Assembly (NCBI GenBank): GCA_965235115.1
Contig: OZ249436.1
Coordinates: forward strand, 28,026,001-28,090,000
Length of the DNA: 64,000 bases
Source of the DNA: Laetmonice hystrix
Taxonomy: Eukaryota
Direction: 5' to 3'
The translations under genes and the position numbers were made by a program. Positions 38,701 through 52,400 of the stretch are shown one piece after another. The notes under the pieces are model-generated. The model was given only the letters and a program-made list of their open reading frames with translations. It searched no databases and was not told where the DNA came from. Position 1 is the stretch's first letter. The number at the start of each line of letters is the position of its first letter.

Positions 38701-41662
38701 ACACAGGAGAGGAATACGGTCAGACCCGGTATACCTGGAAACGGTACGCAGTGCTACATTCTCACGTATGTGAGTACACAGGAGAGGAATACGGTCAGAC
38801 CCGGTATACCTGGAAACGGTACGCAGTGCTACATTCTCACGTATGTGAGTACACAGGAGAGGAATACGGTCAGACCCGGTATACCTGGAAACGGTACGCA
38901 ATGCTACATTCTCACGTATGTGAGTACACAGGAGAGGAATACGGTCAGACCCGGTATACCTGGAAACGGTACGCAGTGCTACATTCTCACGTATGTGAGT
39001 ACACAGGAGAGGAATACGGTCAGACTCGGTATACCTGGAAACGGTACGCAGTGCTATACATTCTCACGTATGTGAGTACACAGGAGAGGAATACGGTCAG
39101 ACCCGGTATACCTGGAAACGGTACGCAATGCTACATTCTCACGTATGTGAGTACACAGGAGAGGAATACGGTCAGACCCGGTATACCTGGAAACGGTACG
39201 CAATGCTACATTCTCACGTATGTGAGTACACAGGAGAGGAATACGGTCAGACCCGGTATACCTGGAAACGGTACGCAGTGCTACATTCTCACGTATGTGA
39301 GTACACAGAAGAGGAATACGGTCAGACCCGGTATACCTGGAAACGGTACGCAGTGCTATACATTCTCACGTATGTGAGTACACAGGAGAGGAATACGGTC
39401 AGACCCGGTATACCTGGAAACGGTACGCAGTGCTACATTCTCACGGTTCCTATATAACACACTCACGACCATGAACGGAGAACACATTTAACATTTCCAC
39501 GGTAACATAAAACGTACAGGACACATGCAATGTTCCCTGCAGGAGTTCCCCTTTTTGGGGAGTTGAAGCACTTTGGGGGGGGGGGGGGGGTAGATGGAGG
39601 TAGGCCGTTTCGAGAGAGAGAGAAAAAACAAGAAAACGTTTTGGAGGGAATAACTGATTTTAGAGGTGATCCTCTCCCCCCTAAAAAGGGATAAGCCTGT
39701 AGGAAACCCTGACATGTATATTTCAATGTATACCCACTGCAGGACCCCCCAAGAAGCACCCACGCCACAGAGATATTCACAAACGTAACGTAACGTAATC
39801 CTCTCGTAAAAGACGTAGAATTATTTTAGTTCTTTGCCGTTTACTGGGAGGTAAAGAGTTAATACCCATATAGCACTACCAGTCATTTCACGTAATTCAA
39901 ATCTCCCAGCCCTGAAAACCCAGTCATGTAGAGGTTTTCTACATTATGCCGAGGAGCTTGAACATAAAACCCTCTTCCTGATCTAAAGGTCAAAATTAAG
40001 ATTCTCCATTTTCAGTTGGAATGTTCAGAAGACCTGCCATATTTACTCAGATGACAAACGAATGCTGCTAAAACGTAATATCAGCCCTCTCCATTAATTT
40101 ACGTCAAGTAATGCAATAAAGATAATGCGATTGAAGAACCCTGTAAAAGTGGCAATGAAAAACTATTATACCCACCCTCACTTAATAATCCAGAAAGGAA
40201 TGAGGACAAAAGCCTAATCTCCAAGCTGTAAAGAAACTACGCTGTGCCTGGATGACCTGGGAGGATGGGGTCTTTTTATATTTATACTTGAGTCATTTTA
40301 CCAACCCATATATAAACAACGCATTATAATACTCATTATAAGATTATAAAACCACTCGTTCTAAAAAAAATCCTGATCGACTCTCAAACTCGAACTTACC
40401 CCAGCCGAGCAGAAAGTAGAGGACGTATTTCCTCTCGGTGTGCTCGTCATTAAGGACCAAGATTTTCCAGAAGTTTATTGCCTTAAGTGGAAACAAAAAG
40501 GAAAGAATCAGGCAGTGCATAACGACCGAGGTCCCTGGAGCCAAAGTACCATCCAATCACACGTGTTCCGCACCGCCTGCCCACTGAACAGATGCCTGAC
40601 ATTTGCATAATCGAGGTACACTCGTCAAATGAGATCAATCTAATGTCTGATCTTATTACGTCTACTCCGTTCACTGTCACATTTTACTAGTGCCACTTCA
40701 AAGCGATTCCTTTGTTATTGTCTGCCTTTAAAACTTTCCGACGCGTTGTGCGCACATTATGACAGCATATTAACAATTATCTTCCTAACCTTCACGTTTT
40801 CAATAAGTAAAGCTTCCATAACACGGATACGTACAGTAATGGTTATAAATAACGCCACCATAATTATAATGGAAGTGTCTTTAATTATTCTTTACAAAAT
40901 GTTGTACTAGGAAATCTTCAATCACTGGAGAAGTCCTTTTCAGAAAAAATGTTTCGTAAGTGAACCTATCTAGGAACATGTTCACCTATACGAGAAGGGC
41001 CCTGCTTTTCCGAAACTTAAGTCCTGGCTTATGCTCAAGGTTACTAGCCGATTGGCTAGTCTAAGCAGACCAGCCGATTGGCTGGTCTAAGCAGACCAAC
41101 CGATTGGCTGGTCTAAGCAGACCAACCGATTGGCTGGTCTAAGCAGACCAGCCAATCAGAAGCGTTAAGCGTATGCAAGAACTGAAAGACAGATCTTTGC
41201 TGCTCCTTGGACGTTTTCCTCCCGAGAAAGCACTGAAACTTACCTGAGTCATCATCCAGGTGAACTGGGCCAAGAAGAAGTATTGTAAGAAGATAGACAT
41301 GACAATACAGCGGTAGTTATTGGCGGTGGGTGCCACGTCCAGCAGGTGACCAGGGGACAGGTAGGCGTCAATGACGTAAAGAAGCTGTGGAGTGTAAAAA
41401 GTTCACCAGATTACCGACTTCATTACTTGGTGACCGTTCATTAAACTGTGCACCGACACGTGCCCTAATTTCTGAATTAATTTTGCATATTTGACTGGAA
41501 AGGTCGTCACTGAATTAATGACCTGATTCTGGGGGTGTTCTTACAGGACTCACTCACCTCGGTTGCGAAGATGGCAAAGAACATGTGCATGAGGAGGTTA
41601 GCGGAGAACATGGCCTGGGTGATACAAACATGGTGAGCGAGTATGGCCAGAACGACGCCGAC
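35761..41662 (-). CDS. ADGRV1: ADGRV1 7TM and cytoplasmic tail exons with C-terminal PDZ-binding motif DTHL
   Basis: [74 protein letters not shown]; stop TAA at 35763-35761. Confidence 0.95.
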
Positions 41663-43074
41663 CTGAAACACCAAGAGAAATATCGAACTTTTCACAAGCA
41701 TCCAACAAGGAGTGTCACCGACTAATTTACCGAACACGATGGATGAAGGCAAACACGCACCACTCGATCTTTAGTTTGGTCCTAATGAATCATAACAAAC
41801 AAAGACAAACGAACAGCCTCGCGTATTTGTCAATACTCTGAAACCGCGCTCAACAGACCCCTTGGTTTACCTTAATAATTCTAAAGAAACCAATTTCGGT
41901 TTTTTTTTTATGCTTTGCACTTTGTAGTTAGCGTAGCACATTCGTCATTGTCTATTATCTTCAATAAGGCGTAGGAACTAAATTGTATTTACGAAAGTTA
42001 TTTCTGTAAATGATCACAGATATAAAGACGAAGATCGAGTACAGAACTGGCTTGACGTTTGACTAATGGTATCTCATATATCCCGATATGTTCATGTCCT
42101 TAGCCACCGGTGACTAGGTTCTTTACTTTGTGACTTCATTAAACGTGTATCTTCACATAAAGTGGCCTATCCTTCCCCGTGAACGTTAGCACTATTCCAG
42201 CTACGTCTGGCTACAGTTCATAATCTCCAAGAGATCTTCAATAATCTGTTCAGACTCTTGCTGTATAATCCATACGACTTATCTGCACTCAGTGGGGCAT
42301 TGACCGTCATCTTCCAGTCATAATCCTCCAATTTTAAACATCTACTTCTACCGACAGCGCTTCCTTCATTCACCCTCTGAGTTATTCACTATCCATGCAT
42401 TAATTACTCGCCAAGCTGTCATAGGCATATCAAACTTGAAATATTCTGTATGCCATTCTGTTCTTAGAAATCCATAAAAAGTTTACGAGCATCTCACTTC
42501 TGTCAGTATGTCGTAATCAGATTTAAAAATCATTTATTTAAATTAGTGTTGTTTATTGCTAATTACTTCTACCAATTCTAATTAAGATGCATCGAGCTGC
42601 CGCAATATGTGGAAATTATGTCTATTCCCAGTGCTTCGAATGAAAATCCTGCACATCGCCTACTTATTTCAAAATTACTCCCTTTCTGACAAAAACCGAT
42701 CAGATAAAACGAGAAGGAATTGAGATTCAATATAAAGGTAGCAATATATAGCAAACTGCCCTCTAACACCTAAAATATACACTCAAATATCAATAATATT
42801 TAATAATTAAATCTAAACACTCAAATAATACTTCACATAACTAAATTCCAACTTTCAGCCTACCCAATCATGAGCCTCTACATCGTGGAAGAATAGCTTG
42901 ATATATAGTTTTCAACGATAGACACAACTCATAAAACCGTATGCATCACCACTTTATATGTACATGAGAACACGTGTAATTCATCTTTCCCTCATACAGG
43001 CTGTAATAACAAAGACGCTGGGCTGCAAATATCACATTACTCAATAATGGTTATTACCACCAGTCGGAAGTTGG

Positions 43075-43137
<63 letters not shown>

Positions 43138-43326
43138 AAATATACAATAGGAAGTTGGGAGGTAGGAAGGAAGGAAGGAAGGAAGGAAGGAAGGAAGGAA
43201 GGAAGGAAGGAAGGAAGGAAGGAAGGAAGGAAGGAAGGAAGGAAGGAAGGAAGGAAGGAAGGGAGGGAGGCAGGGAGGCAGGGAGGCAGGGAGGGAGGCA
43301 GGGAGGGAGGCAGGGAGGCAGGCAGG

Positions 43327-43383
<57 letters not shown>

Positions 43384-43434
43384 AGGCAGGGAGGCAGGCA
43401 GGGAGGCAGGGAGGGAGGCAGGCAGGGAGGGAGG

Positions 43435-43479
<45 letters not shown>

Positions 43480-46400
43480 GGCAGGGAGGCAGAACTTTAG
43501 GGAGGAGGCAGGGAGGCAGGCAGGGATGCAGGCAGGGAGGCAGGCAGGGAGGCAGGGAGGCAGGCAGGGGAAGGACGGAGGCAGGGAGGGAAAGGAGGGA
43601 GGCGGGGAGGGAAAGGAGGGAAAGGAAGGAAGCAAAAGGAAGGAAAGGAAGAGAGAATGAGGGAAAGGAAGGAAGCACGGAAGAAAGCAAGGAAGGTTTT
43701 GTGTCTTTGAATACAATAAGTTATCTGAGACTCTCACCATGCAGATAAAGCAGGAGATGTGGAACCAGACGGGGTAGCCGATCAGGTCTGGGTTCTTGAC
43801 CTGTGAGATGACCGCGTAACTCGACATGTGTTGACACTGACAGTCGACGAAGTTGTCGATGGCGAGGGCCAAGTTGTTCACCACCACACACACGTCGCCA
43901 CGACTCGTCCACTGCTGAATGTCCTCGTCAAAAAACACACATCTGAGGAGGATAGCAAACACCACATCATCAATTCAGGATCATCTGAGGAGGATAGCAA
44001 ACACCACATCATTACAGTACAGTTTTACAGTACATCGCGTTGCTTAAATCGAAAATAGCGAGAGTGTTTTGTTTACTCCAGATAACTTTGGCTAAAAATC
44101 TATCTCGAAGGTGTGTGGGGAGGGGGCAGGTCAGCTTTTCTGGTGTTCACATATTTAAAAAAAAAATACTTGGGAAATCTAATCAGGCAAGTAAACAGAG
44201 CTATGGAACCTAATTATTCCCCTTCAGCACGCGCGCTTCTCCCGTGGTGAAGTTTATGCGGAAGTTTATATAGTTCTGGGATTGTTGATCAGAAATCAGG
44301 CAGTTGGATCTTTACGAGAATCTGGTGATGGGTTAAAATTCTTTCGGGCACAAAAAGCGGGGTTATTGGTCCGACTGTCACTCGCAAACAGTGTTCTCCC
44401 ATTAGGGGCATAGTCTCACAGGGAGCACGTGAGAGCGGGTTTTAGGGGAGGTCCCACCAGATGGGTTCAGTTTTCGGGGAAACATCCAGTAAAAGTAATT
44501 AATCAATACAATAGACTAATTGCGGCGTTATATAAGCTACTATATATGCTTATTTTAAAAGCACCTTCGTTACACTTTGACCAGCCAATCAGAAGAGTTA
44601 GTTTAAGTAGAACACTTACTGAGCCCGTTTGGCCGGGACCCTACGGTCAGCTGTGTGGATCCTGTAGGTGGCCGGCTGTGACAACAGCCGCGGCGCCTCC
44701 CCCCGAACTCCCGCCGACAACACCTGCAGTAAACAACACAACAACATCACGGCAATGCAACAACGTCACAGACTACTGGGGATAAGGTCAATAATAATAT
44801 ATCTGTGTGGGTTTTTCTAAAGTAATTATTATATCCTTTTTATCAGGAGGGCTAGATACATATGGCGCAAGTGCTCCTCATATTGTCATTATCAGTTGAT
44901 TAAAAATAAGTCACAAAAATACAGTAATCTGGTGCATTTTTCTTGACTGATTGGCTCTGATAAGAAATACGTGTGCACCTGTTGACCTCAATATCTAATA
45001 TTGAATAATTTGCGGTCACCGCAATCATTACCCCCCCCCCCCCCGCCATCACTGTGACTCTCATTTCTTGCCTCTTCTTGATATCTTTCTACTGGCAATG
45101 AAAGAACCATTATACTTACTCTATTGTTCAGCAGCGTTTCCGATCCCCGAAGGAACCAGAGCGAGGTTGAATATTCCACGAACGACACCGCCATACACTA
45201 AAATAAATAAACAATGGTTGTTAGCGTCTCTCAATAAGAGTAGGGTCTATTTAATCGGAATAAATTAACTTTAATTATAAACTTTCCTTCAATACTTAAT
45301 CAACACAACTCTTCTGCCAAAGAACTTCTAATCAACCCCGGATTTTTTTAAGTCACAATTGGCATGGAATTCCATTACGTACATTTGTCACTGTGCATGT
45401 ACATTGAGTTATCAACGGTGAACAGATAGTCGTTATCCGACACAATGATTATCAAACACCAAGTCGATATCTCCCCGTCACCCAACAGCTTTCCATTCCA
45501 GCATTCTTTTTCAGTAACAAAAAATTTCAAAGCGCATTGATTATACATGCTGCTTACGACTCGGTATAAGTTGGGATAGTTTTAGCATCAGGATAGATAA
45601 TTTTCTGGATACAAACCTTGGGATTTGCCGAGTTACGTCCATGATCTTGAACTCTCAGCAGATTCTCCGGTACTATATAATTATCTTGATTACGACCCTG
45701 ATAACGGTAACTGTTGATTGCCTCAGGGTACCACTTGGCGACGGCAAACTGTACGTGGGGACACTCAGGCGAATAGATGCTGTCAAATCAAACGGAATCC
45801 CATTTACTCCACCTTGGCACATCAATGCCAACTCTCTGTTCTCCCCTTTTTATCTAAAAGGATTACCTTTATTCTATTTGTTTTTTTGCCCCTTTTATTC
45901 CTCGCAGGGGCTGCCACAATTCCCTGCATAATGGGGTTGTTCATTTATCTTTTCCATCGTAATACCACCCATATCATAGGATCTCTATATAGTGCAAGGC
46001 GTGATCGACGTATTTGATACTGGAATTAAACAAGAGATGATTGATCCAAGGTCTGAAGCTATCACTGTCTATAATATTATCAGTCCTTTGTGCATGGAAA
46101 AATGGACTTTACTTCTTTTGTATTTGTTTTCCACAGGACATAAAAATCACGATCAATCGATTGCAATTTCAGCGGTATGTTGTATTTCTCTACTGATAGA
46201 CAGCTAAATAATTTCAAACGGCATAGAACCGTAACGCAACCGATTACACTTTCACATATCTAGAGAATAAAAAAAGATGACCTATAAATGATGGTGGTTG
46301 CTTACAATACGAGGTTGCTATGTAAAACAGGCTTTCCTGCAGGCCCGTTTTGGGGGAGACTACGATCAGTTATTACCTCCCCAAAGTTTTCTGGGGGAGG

Positions 46401-49400
46401 GTCTACCCCGCTAAGTGCCTAAATCCCCCCCCCCCACCCACACACACCAAAAGGCAGAATCCTGCAGGAAAGCCCACAATACCAGCCCAATATAATAATA
46501 TCAAGTCCTAATCGCTATCAGTTGAAAAACAACTCTCATTTATACACGGCCACAATAATGACGACAAGCTGCCACAATTATGTTAAAACACTCGTCCTCA
46601 GATTGAGGGGTACGGTTGTAACTCACAGAGCGGAGGCCGTGCAGCACGTGTCGCACATGTAGGCCACTAAATACGAGTAGGCGAACCGCTCGAGGAGACG
46701 ACTCAGCTGCCAGCGCCCTCTCGTGGCGTCGGCACGTTCTGGGTCGAGCAGACGACAGAAGACGGACATGATACTGGCGCGCGTTCCCTGCAGCAGTCTG
46801 TAAGATGAACGGCTGAAACTGTATCCATAACCTTCTCTCTATCCGTTAAACAACAGGTTTTTGTGAAATTCAGCCAACAAACCAACACACCCGCGCCTTT
46901 CCCATTGTAAAGTCGTAAAATGACTGATTTGAAGTGTAAATAATCAAAATGTTGCGATTTCGGAAAAGTGTGCAAAGTGGTCGCTCAGAAGAAAATGAAT
47001 AAACTTAAACCAACAAAAACTATGAACCAGGCGTTACTTCTTTATTCGACAGTTGTGATATTACATTACCATAGCGTCTAGACGGTAATTACAGGTGGAC
47101 CGTGATGAAAATAATTAAAAAGAACACATTGTTTCTCCAAAATAATTTAATACAAAATCCATTATTATCTGGCACGACGTCAAGTAGTAAACGTAATATC
47201 GTCATGGACACCAGCACAGGTATTAGCATTTTTCTGGTTAGGTCTGAGCGCGGCGAATTTCGGTTCGAGTTAAAACATTCGCACACGATCGTAATTGCAA
47301 TCTTCCGTCTTTTTTCTGCTCTGTTTCCCTCTTGTTTTCTTTGTCTATTTCTTTTTCCCCCTCCCTTTCTTTCGGTAAAGTCCTAGCTAAGATAAAGCCC
47401 TAGCTAATCTCTAATCTCACTGCGATTAAACCGAGCTAAGTGATCTAAATAGATTTCCTGTGATTATACCATCAGACCTTGCTGTATCTGCTCATTACTG
47501 GGCTAAACCGCAGGTTTCTAACGGAGACCTTTTGTAAACGGTAAAATGATCTCACAACTAGTATTCTACACACCCCGAGTTATGTTTGTACGAGGCTAAC
47601 AGTCACCCAACATGAATAATCTTTTATCTCTGCTAACGTTAGTGACTCACATTGAAATATACCTTCAAACACCACATACCAAAAATAAAACATTAACATG
47701 GAAGCATCCCTGTCTATCCTACTTTACCGGTTCATTCCGGACAATAAGTTGCCATAACATGACAGCCCGGGACTAAAGGATTGAGTTAGACGAGGGTACT
47801 CACGGTGTGGACTCGGCCGTAGTGATGATTTGGTCGATGATATTCTCAGTGATGGTTAGTTGGCTCGGAGTGATTGGGCCTTGGATGGCGGCTTGCAGGT
47901 CGGCCATCAGTCTGTCACAGAATATAACACATTCATGTCAATAATCGAGCAATCGTAGTCAGGTGAAAACTCTCATACCTTCTTGTGAATGTAGAATAAC
48001 CTTAGGCCAAAAAAAAAAGAATTCCCCGTTTCTGGTCCGCGCGCTTACCATTGTAGCCAGCTCTCACCCCAAAAAAAACTTTAACCAAAAAAAAGGAGAA
48101 AAACCCGTGTGTTCTTCGGACCAGAAACCGGGAATTATTTTTTTTGGCCTTAGCGATCTTTTGTTGCATCCTGTCGTTCATTATTACTCCAGGCACTTTT
48201 TCACTCAGGATTTTATCGCTGAAGGTTATATAGCCTGGTCCCCGCGCCTACCATACGCATCCGCTTGATGTTAGGCCCGGTGATGGCTAACAGAAAGCTG
48301 TAAAACGGAAGTGGTGGCCTCCAAGCACTTCCGCCTCGGAGCTAATCACTTCCGCCTCCGGCGTTAACAGAGTGATCGACTTCTGCTTGGAGCGTGGCCG
48401 GGAGTGGCCAACATGCGACTGCGTATGCAGACCGTTGCAGGTGTGGGGACTGGTGACGCTATGTTTACATCCAGAAAAACGAGGACATTTAACACTTGTA
48501 TTTTAAAGGGATTGACGAAAATATTTGTGTCTTGTTGGAGAAATACGGGGGGTACGGAACTATACCTCGTTTGCGTCCATGTTTTCGATGGGCCAATCAC
48601 AACGCTTGCTTCGATTGGCCTACGCCAGGCTCTATATACGAAGTTAATATAGAGCTGGGGACCCGGCTAACAACAACCGGTGCAAAAGTTCCCCCCCCCC
48701 CCCCCGCCGCCATTTTTAAATTTGACTTCACTGGATGAGATCGTCAAAGGCATCTAAAAGTGTCTTTACAAATCATAGATGTAAAATAGAACATGTAGAA
48801 TATGTACATGTAACATAAGTTGATTTATTACAGTCTAATTGCATACAAAGTTTGCTCAATACAGATCTTACTGATTACCAAATGTCACTTTGTCCCGTTA
48901 TCACCGATTTCTACCTCACTACATCGGCTGCTCTTGTAATTAAGACCGACTACATGCCACGTCACTTTCCTCGCGACACGTTCCAAGACGAACCCCCAAG
49001 GTCGTCTCTTTGACCCTTGACCTCTACCTACCCGTCAATAGTGGCATTGTCAAGGTCTCTCTGCGTCCCTGGCCAAACATCCCACAATGCCACGTCTCCA
49101 GCGTTCACGATCGTCACATTAGCCCGAGCCTTCCCCAGCCTACAATCAAGCAACACTCTAAATTCACCACACCTACGCAAAATCAGGTTTTGTCTTGCAA
49201 TGATTTTTTCTCATGACATTTTACAATTGCCCGCAGGTATTTTTTTTACACTCTATGGCATCACGAACAATCGTTGTATCTGTAACCTACATCGGTCCAA
49301 ATATAATGTTTCTTGCTATAGGTTAAAATCTGCCGCAGTATTTAGGCTATATGTATTGTATTTTCTTACATTTTCAGCAAATTCCCAAGGCAGTCATTAC

Positions 49401-52400
49401 TTTCCACGACTCTAGGAGCCGTGGCGCAGGACTCATGAAATGGCCCCAAACACTAGGACTACCTTCTCACTGTAAGAGTCTTTATTAAACGTCCATGATA
49501 GTTATATGATACAAGCTAGAGTCGGACGTGGCAGAATGACGGCTAGAGTAGCTGAGCGTTGACACTATACTTACTCGGCGCCGTTCGTAACATCAGTGAG
49601 TGTCACCCGGAACAGTTTAGGATACGGGTTGTCAGACGCCTTGGCTGGATCCAATGTTATGTCAACGCTTTGTGATCTCTGGCAACAAAAAAATCACCTG
49701 GATTTATCAAAAGATTGAAGGGGAACGAAAATCAAAAGACAAAAAAATTAAACGATCTACAGATGTTATGGTTATTAGACTTGAAATATATTATGCCATA
49801 CTGGAGTGGTATCAGACCTACACCTGAGTATAGTTTGAAATTTAAAACAAAAAAACTGCTGTGCGCCTTGGGGTGTCATGAAAGGCCACCATTTACCATT
49901 CATCATTCGAGCTTCCAGGAGACATCGTTTGAAGCGTGAAGTTTTATTAGAGAATATACATGGACCAGAAGTTGGGCACATGGCTAAAAGTACGCAGACT
50001 GAGAATGTTTTGAATGCTACAGCTGCTAGATCCAAAAAAAACGTCCGTTCTGCCGCTTTCTCTTTGAACGCCTCCCAAAGACACCTTGAGTAAAATCAGG
50101 GCTAGTCCATTACAGCAGGTGAGTGAGTGATTTGTTGTTTTACATCCTATCGGCCATCGTCACGACCAGAAGACGTTCTACACGTATTCAATAGGTAGGG
50201 ATTATGAATATACTATCATGAATAAACCTGCAGTCCTGGATACGATGCCCTACTCCGTTCGAAAAGCGGAAAGTGTTCTTTAACATACACACAATGGTTC
50301 CTATACCGCCGGTCTTTCTCACCCCAGTCAGGAGCACTGGGCGCTGTACTCTAGGCACGTGATCGAGATGGGATCTCTGAATTCCTAACCCCCACCCCCT
50401 CACTCACCTGTCCGGGTACGAAGGTGAGCTCACTGAAGTAGCTATTGAAGTCCGCTCCGTCCAGGGCTCGGTAAACCCGCAGTCCGGCGATGATGTCAGG
50501 GCCTGGGCCGGGTAGTTCCTGGGCCAACACTTTCACAGATACTCTCTTGTTCCGGTAACCGACTCTCTCAACCTCGAGACGAGCCACACGGGTCGCCTTG
50601 TCTATGTACATAACCCTGAAACAAACGACCACAACATCCAGCAAGTCAGCCGCAATCATTCAATCTGCTTGTAGCACACCTGGGCCCGGTTTTTTTGTTT
50701 ATTTTTCCACCGTGAGCAAGGGTGAGCATGAGCATATTCTCACCGTTTTCGTGTTTTTTTGTTGTTGCTTTTTTCCATGAGGCGTGCTCATGGTGAGCAA
50801 GCTCGCGGAAAAACACCCCAAAAAAAACGAAAATAGTGAGCAAAACGGTGAGCATGAGCTTCTGCTCACCCTTGCTCAGCTCAGCTCACGCTTGCTCACG
50901 GTGGAAAAGTAAACAAAAAAACCGGGCCCTGGAATATTTTCCTCAACGGGATTTTCCTCAACGGGGAAGACAGAATGATCATTTTTCAAAACAAAACTTT
51001 GATTTTCTTTTTCCATTCAGGACGTATTGGGACGCGAAATCGAGAGATACCACACGTACCTTAAGAAATAATGCAAACCAGTTGCAACCTTAGCAATTCC
51101 CCGATATTTAGCACTTTTTTTATGTGATCACTGACAACCCATTTGAACTAGTTATCTACCTTGACGACGCAGCAAACTGCACCAGACCGTTAGGACTATC
51201 GCTGGGTAGGAGTGTGACATCGGCGAACCGTCTGGAAGGATCGATCTGCGCTCCAAGGCTCACCTGGCTTAGCTCTATCACAAACGATGTTTGGTTTTGT
51301 GGTGTCTGTCAAAATAAGGACAGTAAACACGTAAAATGATAGCTCCACTTATCGAGTGTACCTGAAGGTTATCTATTAAACCTTCACCATTTAAAGGCTC
51401 ACTCTAACTTCATCCAAGTACGAATCCCTGGTAAAGTAATATTTGCAAATTACTGGAATAGTGAAAAATCTGCTGTGTTCATGTAAGTGTGCTATTTCCC
51501 ATGTATGGAATTCTATGATAGCGACACCCCTCTATATGGAAATCGTTGTTATAGGCCATTATGAGTACATATTATCATTATGTACTCGTAGAAATATCCT
51601 CGGCTCTCACTCTGACTTTATATCTGATTTCGTATTACCTCTCTTTGAAACCTTTTATCTTTGCTTTATTATTCACCCTAAGTACCAATATGTCCTTGAC
51701 GGATAAAACCATCCCCTTCAAAGTCTCCCTCCTATATAACTTGCACCAGTTGATGGTGACCGACCCCAAGTCTATTCTCGCCCAGTGTACCGATCATAGT
51801 TGGCGGCTAGAATCGACAGATCGTTTAACATGACGGACTGTGCTCAGCGAGGTGTGACCGTCCCGACTGACCTGGTCGTTAACAAGTTGGACGTCGAACA
51901 CACAGAACCGCTGTCCGGCGGGACACTCGACGTCATCCTTGACGGTGGCCAGCTGTGCCGTCAGGTCCAGCTGGTCATTCTTCACCTGCCCGTCCTCCCT
52001 GCTGATCCTCGCCTCCCAGTAAACCTGGTACGACAAATCCCCCCCAACACACACTTTACGTTCGGTTAGACGCAAACATGAATGGGTTCAAGGCTCCAAC
52101 CATCCAGCCTCTACGATCTAATCATATGGGGGCTCAGCCATACACTTATCAAGACTGTGGACCACGCTGTTCGTCGTCAGATACATTCTGGTCAAGACTG
52201 ATCGTCAGGAATTGACTTGGGCACACAGTAAGTGTTGTTTTAAACTGAAAGGTTGCTATCAGAATTATACCATTCAGCGGTAGCCCATACACACTAGCCC
52301 ATCATGTTACCAGAACCTTTTTTGGTGATGCATCTTTTATGTGAGCACGTCTGCTATATCAGTAAACAAAGGAAGGATAGGAAAAGGAGAAGAAGACGAT

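Noticed and set aside
38479..39457. Long repeat ORFs on both strands (up to 258 aa)
   Set aside because: By-products of the 75-bp array; the real coding frame is the minus-strand exon 38584-38470.
43037..43748. Pro/Leu-rich and Gly/Arg-rich ORFs of 217-303 aa
   Set aside because: Translations of a compound microsatellite; only 43942-43738 is exonic.
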